Source: a virus (Duplodnaviria; Caudoviricetes). Taken from it: a stretch of 42,266 bases of DNA. Made by a program: the position numbers and the translations under genes. The stretch covers positions 1 to 42,266 of IMG/VR virus record IMGVR_UViG_3300020152_000012. One strand, given 5' to 3'. The notes beneath the pieces were generated by a model, which was not told the DNA's origin, did no database searches, and was given only the letters and a program-made list of their open reading frames with translations. Each line of letters opens with the position of its first letter. The first letter of the stretch is position 1. Positions 38,076-42,266 of this stretch are shown here, one piece after another.

Positions 38076-38161
38076 TTAGAACATTCGTAATCTTCGTAGC
38101 AAGCTGCGTTTTCGCCATTGCTATCATCCTGCATTATGCTCCAGTCATTGATACTCTATAG
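38072..38161 (+). CDS. 29-aa membrane peptide (not in ORF track)
   Basis: MIRTFVIFVASCVFAIAIILHYAPVIDTL; GAGGT RBS; ATGA overlap. Confidence 0.55.
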   Translation: MIRTFVIFVASCVFAIAIILHYAPVIDTL

Positions 38162-38169
38162 GAGTTAAC

Positions 38170-39165
38170 ATGTCAAATACTAATCAGGTAGTGCCAGTAG
38201 AGCCGACAGAGGAAATGTTGAAAGCAGCAGAAGCGAACGAACGCAATCACGCTGGCTGGCGACCCTATGACTCGATTTACAAAGCCATGTTAGCAGCCGC
38301 CCCACAGCAGCCCACTCCAGAAGGTTATATTTCTCATGACGCTTACCGTGGAGCTATGGAACGAGTTTATCTTGCTGAGAAGAGACTGAAAACAGCGGAA
38401 ACCGAATTGGCAGAACTGCGCCAAACACAGCAGCAGGATATGGAGTGTGGCATGCCAATAGCTCTAGAAATGCCAAGGGGGCTGAACAACCACACTAAGA
38501 AACTCGTGGTGCTCTTTGCTCAAGCGCTGGCGAATAAGCTGTACAAGGCCGAACTGAAATATGGCTACTCTGCAGGCTGGCTAAATGATGACTGGATGGA
38601 TGAATGCCGCCAGAAGTTGATGGAACATATCCACAAGGGAGACCCGCGGGACGTTGCAGCCTACTGCGCATTTCTCTGGTATCATAATGAATTAACTACG
38701 CCAGTACAGCAGCAGGGTGAGCCGGTGGTAGAGTTGGAGTGGATAACCATACTCAAGAAAGAGCTATTTTTAGCTAAGCACACTCGCAGCTTTACCTTTG
38801 GTCGTAATGAAGTAATTGAGTTGCTAGGTGCCTCTCCCCTCACCGCTGACGCCAGCTTTAATCAAGGGGTGGAATTGGCAGCTAAGAAAGTAGAGGATTT
38901 TGGCTGCGAGGAATGGAAGACACTTCACGCAAAGATACTTGCCCACAAGCGCCCCACCGATTCTCGCGCTGCGGAGAGTAACGACGAGAGCTTGGTGACG
39001 ATGACGCGGGATGAGCTTAATAACGCACTTGGGCTGTTGAAGGCTGCACAATGCCCATGCTGTGAAGATAAAGCTGGGGCCTACTACGACAACATGGGGA
39101 ATGTTCATCAATGCCAATGGTGCTACGAGGTTGGCGAACTCTCCCGCGCACTGGAGGGAAAGTGA
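38170..39165 (+). CDS. Mosaic Eaa/Ea22-like accessory protein
   Basis: VPVEPTEEML...YKAMLAAAP and KYGY...KGDPRDVAAYCAFLWYH modules seen in lambdoid phages. Confidence 0.7.
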   Translation: MSNTNQVVPVEPTEEMLKAAEANERNHAGWRPYDSIYKAMLAAAPQQPTPEGYISHDAYRGAMERVYLAEKRLKTAETELAELRQTQQQDMECGMPIALEMPRGLNNHTKKLVVLFAQALANKLYKAELKYGYSAGWLNDDWMDECRQKLMEHIHKGDPRDVAAYCAFLWYHNELTTPVQQQGEPVVELEWITILKKELFLAKHTRSFTFGRNEVIELLGASPLTADASFNQGVELAAKKVEDFGCEEWKTLHAKILAHKRPTDSRAAESNDESLVTMTRDELNNALGLLKAAQCPCCEDKAGAYYDNMGNVHQCQWCYEVGELSRALEGK

Positions 39166-39281
39166 GCACACGCTTCAATAAGAGTGATTATAAAGTATTG
39201 GCTATTGTAATACTACTACCCACTGTAGTTTCATTCGCCATGTACTGGATTTTTACCTTTCTTATTTGGATAGGATTATGA
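39162..39281 (+). CDS. 39-aa membrane peptide (not in ORF track)
   Basis: GGAGG RBS, GTGA overlap, hydrophobic segment. Confidence 0.55.
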   Translation: MSTRFNKSDYKVLAIVILLPTVVSFAMYWIFTFLIWIGL

Positions 39282-39445
39282 GCCCACAACAAAGAGAACA
39301 AGCCATTTTCGAATTTCAACAACGGCAGGAGGCAGAGCGTGTTTCAAGAGTGTTGCAATATTTTCAAGATAATAACTTAGTACGGGGAAAGAACAATGGA
39401 AGTAGGGAAGCCGTCGAAAGTAGTGCTGGGCAGCACGCCTCCTGA
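39278..39445 (+). CDS. 55-aa hypothetical protein (not in ORF track)
   Basis: ATGA overlap; MSPQQREQAIFEFQQRQ. Confidence 0.45.
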   Translation: MSPQQREQAIFEFQQRQEAERVSRVLQYFQDNNLVRGKNNGSREAVESSAGQHAS

Positions 39446-39614
39446 AGTCTGGTTAGTAACTGGAAACCACTTCGTCCTTATAGCCCTCTTGTCACAGACG
39501 GCTCGGATTATTACGGAGGCAGAGATGGGCGAACGCATTGACCATGCATACGCTCAAGGGCTTACAGTCGTATTTATATTTGACCCATTAGTAACTAGTG
39601 GAATATTACATTAA
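39396..39614 (+). CDS. Hypothetical protein
   Basis: GGGG RBS; operon packing. Confidence 0.55.
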   Translation: MEVGKPSKVVLGSTPPEVWLVTGNHFVLIALLSQTARIITEAEMGERIDHAYAQGLTVVFIFDPLVTSGILH

Positions 39615-39623
39615 GGAGAAATC

Positions 39624-39836
39624 ATGACTGATAGACCAGTTTCAAATAGGCAGAGCATTATTGATGCAATAAGTGCTGAAATACGTGAACAAACGTATAA
39701 GTTAAAAGATTATACGAACGGCTATAATAATCATTTAGGCCCTGAAACAGTCGATCTAGAAATAGCTTCGGCTAAGAAAGCGATTGAAGAACTTCGCCGT
39801 ATACGTAATGAGCTTGAAGATTTATTTGGACAATAA
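39624..39836 (+). CDS. Hypothetical coiled-coil protein
   Basis: TAAGGAGAAATCATG start context. Confidence 0.7.
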   Translation: MTDRPVSNRQSIIDAISAEIREQTYKLKDYTNGYNNHLGPETVDLEIASAKKAIEELRRIRNELEDLFGQ

Positions 39837-39845
39837 GGAGAAATC

Positions 39846-40148
39846 ATGTCAGACAATGTTATCACGCTTGTTCCACCAACCCAGAAGGAGAAAGCTATGT
39901 CAACCGGTTCAGAAGTAGGTCAGCCTCTTCCACCAGAAGAGTTTGCCAAAGTATTGGAGAGGTATCCTCCATTTACTTTGCATCGACCTACCCGTCCTCC
40001 ACAAGTATTCGCACGCGGGCATCGGATAGAAACTAATGATGACGGCTTGCTAGTCATCTTAGAAGTAGGTAATCCCCCTACTCGTGAAACAGATACCTTG
40101 AAGTTTGTTATCAGAGAATGGGATGAGTTAGAGTACGAAACGACATAG
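39846..40148 (+). CDS. Hypothetical protein
   Basis: TAAGGAGAAATCATG start context. Confidence 0.7.
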   Translation: MSDNVITLVPPTQKEKAMSTGSEVGQPLPPEEFAKVLERYPPFTLHRPTRPPQVFARGHRIETNDDGLLVILEVGNPPTRETDTLKFVIREWDELEYETT

Positions 40149-40158
40149 TGCGAAAAAG

Positions 40159-40198
40159 TATCATAGAGTGTGCACATAGACTCATTCTATGATATAAT
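40159..40198 (+). promoter_or_regulatory. Extended -10 promoter overlapped by a 12-bp inverted repeat
   Basis: TATCATAGAGTG-N12-CATTCTATGATA; TGATATAAT at 40190-98. Confidence 0.65.
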
Positions 40199-40244
40199 GG
40201 TCACTCGTACCAATTAAGTAGTACCTTTTTATCAACGTTAAAGA

Positions 40245-40643
40245 ATGGAGAATATCATGGCTAAGGTAAAGACCGAAACCACCGAAAATGCAGCAGCATC
40301 AGCAGTGAAGCCTGCCAAGGAAAAGAAGGCAGCTAAGCCAAAGACCCGCAAGGTTACTTCCTACCTGTTCCGCAAGGAACCACCTGAAGGCGTCAAAATC
40401 GCCCCTCAACTCGCGATTATCATCGGCCATATCAAGGCTGCTGGCAACAAGGGTATCTCCCTGGAAGATCTGGCTACGGCTTGCAAGAATGACGAGAAGT
40501 TCCAAACTCGTCAACCTGAAGCTCGTGTTATCACCTACTACACTCCTCTCCTGAAGGAACATGACATCGTCACTGTTTCCAAGGAAGAAGTTGAAGTGGC
40601 TGCTGACGCTAAGGCCGAAGAAAAGCAAGCAGAACCTGCTTAA
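40245..40643 (+). CDS. Basic Lys/Ala-rich protein, T[RK]Q...YY family (probable start 40257)
   Basis: FQTRQPEARVITYYTPLL; GGAG RBS before the second ATG. Confidence 0.8.
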   Translation: MENIMAKVKTETTENAAASAVKPAKEKKAAKPKTRKVTSYLFRKEPPEGVKIAPQLAIIIGHIKAAGNKGISLEDLATACKNDEKFQTRQPEARVITYYTPLLKEHDIVTVSKEEVEVAADAKAEEKQAEPA

Positions 40644-40710
40644 GCTCCCTGATGAGCTGGTGAGATTCCAGCGAAATATGGGTGGACTTCGGTCCCCCAT
40701 ATAGGAGTTT
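40642..40710 (+). ncRNA. Hammerhead ribozyme, type I
   Basis: Stem I AAGCUCC/GGAGUUU, CUGAUGA core, stem II GCUGG/CCAGC, GAAA, stem III UAUGGG/CCCAUA capped by GGAC-UUCG-GUCC, AUA cleavage triplet. Confidence 0.9.
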
Positions 40711-40795
40711 CCCCTGACTCCCCCGCCCCGCCAAGCGTCAACTTGGCAGTGCTCCCCCTGTGCATGGGCGGGTTTGAATTCTAGAAAGGACATTT

Positions 40796-40924
40796 ATGCA
40801 AGATAAAATGCCAAAACATAAATATATCTGGTTCTGTCCTTCCTACCTTAAAACCATCCCCTACGTTGTGAATCTTATCTGCAACAATTGGGCCCATTTC
40901 CAAAGGAATCCAAGTGGCAAATAA
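40796..40924 (+). CDS. 42-aa peptide (not in ORF track)
   Basis: AAAGGA RBS; MQDKMPKHKYIWFCPSY; overlaps the methyltransferase start. Confidence 0.5.
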   Translation: MQDKMPKHKYIWFCPSYLKTIPYVVNLICNNWAHFQRNPSGK

Positions 40925-41789
40925 ACGAGGCAAAGCAATTGATAATACCCATCTCTCCATTGACCAAGCTGAAGCACGCGGCTTTCTGCATCGTGATTAT
41001 ATTGCTCATTGCTTGCGTTGGTCTCATGTATGTCGTGAGCTTAGTCGTGGCCAGCTGTATAAAACTGCTGACATACTTGATATTGGCTGTGGCAAGGAAG
41101 TCCCTTTAGCCAAGCTGATGTACTCGTCCCGGCTTATCCCAGAAACTGGGTCCTATACCGGTATTGACGTTAACTCTCTTGAAGTGCCGGCCATGTTCCA
41201 TACAGGCAAGTTTGACATAGAGCTTATCGAACGGTCAGATGTCTGTGAATATGATTTCGGCGCATCCACCTTCCGTGTTATCACTTGCTTTGAGGTAATG
41301 GAACATGTCGAACCAGACCACACCTTCAGAATGCTCAAAACTATCAACCGCTTGCTCGAGGACGGGGGACGAGCCTATCTCAGTACTCCGTGTTACGATT
41401 TCGAAACAGGCGCAGCTGCAAATCACGTCAATGAAATGTCGTATGCCGCCTTTGGTTCCCTCATCGAATCCGCAGGTTTGGCGGTCCATAAAACGTATGG
41501 AACGTTTGCTTCTATCAAAGACTACCAGCATCTCTTGAATCCTACGCAAAGAGAGATGTTCGATAAATTGCGGGAGTACTATGACACGAATTACCTTGCC
41601 ACTATATTCGCGCCCTTATTCCCTGCGAATGCGCGTAACGCCTTATGGGTCGTAGGTAAGCAATCTGATGAATTCACCTACACTCCTAAATTTCTAGCTC
41701 CATATGAGTTAGACGACAACAAACACAGTAGTTCAGATGTGTGGATGGAGTTTATTGAAACCTTTATTCGGGAGGAAGCAAATGCGTAA
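40914..41789 (+). CDS. Class I SAM-dependent methyltransferase
   Basis: ILDIGCG motif I, YTGID, CFEVMEHV, LSTP; no DPPY/NPPY or PC DNA-MTase motif. Confidence 0.85.
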   Translation: MANKRGKAIDNTHLSIDQAEARGFLHRDYIAHCLRWSHVCRELSRGQLYKTADILDIGCGKEVPLAKLMYSSRLIPETGSYTGIDVNSLEVPAMFHTGKFDIELIERSDVCEYDFGASTFRVITCFEVMEHVEPDHTFRMLKTINRLLEDGGRAYLSTPCYDFETGAAANHVNEMSYAAFGSLIESAGLAVHKTYGTFASIKDYQHLLNPTQREMFDKLREYYDTNYLATIFAPLFPANARNALWVVGKQSDEFTYTPKFLAPYELDDNKHSSSDVWMEFIETFIREEANA

Positions 41790-42266
41790 CAACAGTACAT
41801 ACCTGTCAACAGGTGATGATTTAGAAATTCATGGAACTGAAACTGGCCGCATTTCAGGTAAAAATTTGTTAGAAGATATACAGCCAGGTAATGTTCAAGT
41901 TTTTGATGTTCCAAGCTTCATTGAAACCAGAACACATCTTCAAGATGTGATTAACTTCCATGAACATTTCGGCCTGGACAAGGAAGTAGCTGAGAAGCCT
42001 AATTTCCTGCCAGCTGACCTGGACGAAGTACGTGCCAACTTTTTGCAAGAAGAGCTGAATGAGTATTGCGCATCCATCGGTCTTCGTCTTGAATATGACG
42101 GCATCACACAAACAATAAAATGGGTTTTCAGTGGGGATTCTGAACATGTCAATCTGGAAAATGCTCTTGACGGTCTTATTGATCTGCAGTATGTGCTTCT
42201 TGGCACTGTTCACCTACACGGCTTTGCACCTATCTGGAATACTGCCTGGAACAGAGTTCAAGCGGC
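41782..42266 (+). CDS. 5' part of MazG-like NTP pyrophosphohydrolase (continues to 245)
   Basis: GGAGG RBS, ATG 41782, open frame to the contig end: DVINFHEHFG...FLQEELNEY...DGLIDLQYV. Confidence 0.85.
   Translation, partial: MRNNSTYLSTGDDLEIHGTETGRISGKNLLEDIQPGNVQVFDVPSFIETRTHLQDVINFHEHFGLDKEVAEKPNFLPADLDEVRANFLQEELNEYCASIGLRLEYDGITQTIKWVFSGDSEHVNLENALDGLIDLQYVLLGTVHLHGFAPIWNTAWNRVQA
42140..42266. repeat. Terminal direct repeat copy 2
   Basis: Identical to 1-127. Confidence 0.95.

Noticed and set aside
40914-41789. DNA adenine or cytosine methyltransferase
   Set aside because: Lacks DPPY/NPPY and PC/ENV motifs.
42140-42266. 127-bp terminal repeat as a biological DTR
   Set aside because: It falls mid-gene and matches a typical assembler k-mer, so it is most likely a circularisation artefact.

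Overview
The window appears to be a complete circularly assembled dsDNA phage genome of about 42,139 bp; bases 42140-42266 repeat bases 1-127. It has two divergent halves. The + strand carries early genes (36025-40643), a nucleotide-modification cluster running across the contig junction (SAM methyltransferase, MazG-like NTP pyrophosphohydrolase, P-loop kinase fused to a UDG-like domain, thymidylate-synthase homologue, dCMP deaminase), and a replication module (family A DNA polymerase, PD-(D/E)xK nuclease, putative SSB, AEP primase, UvrD and SNF2 helicases). The - strand carries podovirus morphogenesis genes (terminases, T7/BPP-1-type portal, scaffold, capsid, tail tubular proteins, internal virion proteins, tail fibre) and a lysis cassette. 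An AT-rich palindromic control region at 35040-36020 separates the halves. I recognised no RNA polymerase, integrase, tRNA or CRISPR array. Best leads: (1) a complete type I hammerhead ribozyme starting in the stop codon of an early gene, upstream of the modification operon; (2) an internal virion protein carrying both a HipA/PI3K-like kinase and an ADP-ribosyltransferase; (3) a thymidylate-synthase homologue with the dCMP-type Asp, paired with a deaminase and a methyltransferase; (4) a structured capsid leader RNA; (5) a multi-stem intergenic RNA at 5370-5544. All protein calls come from motifs recognised by eye, not database searches.
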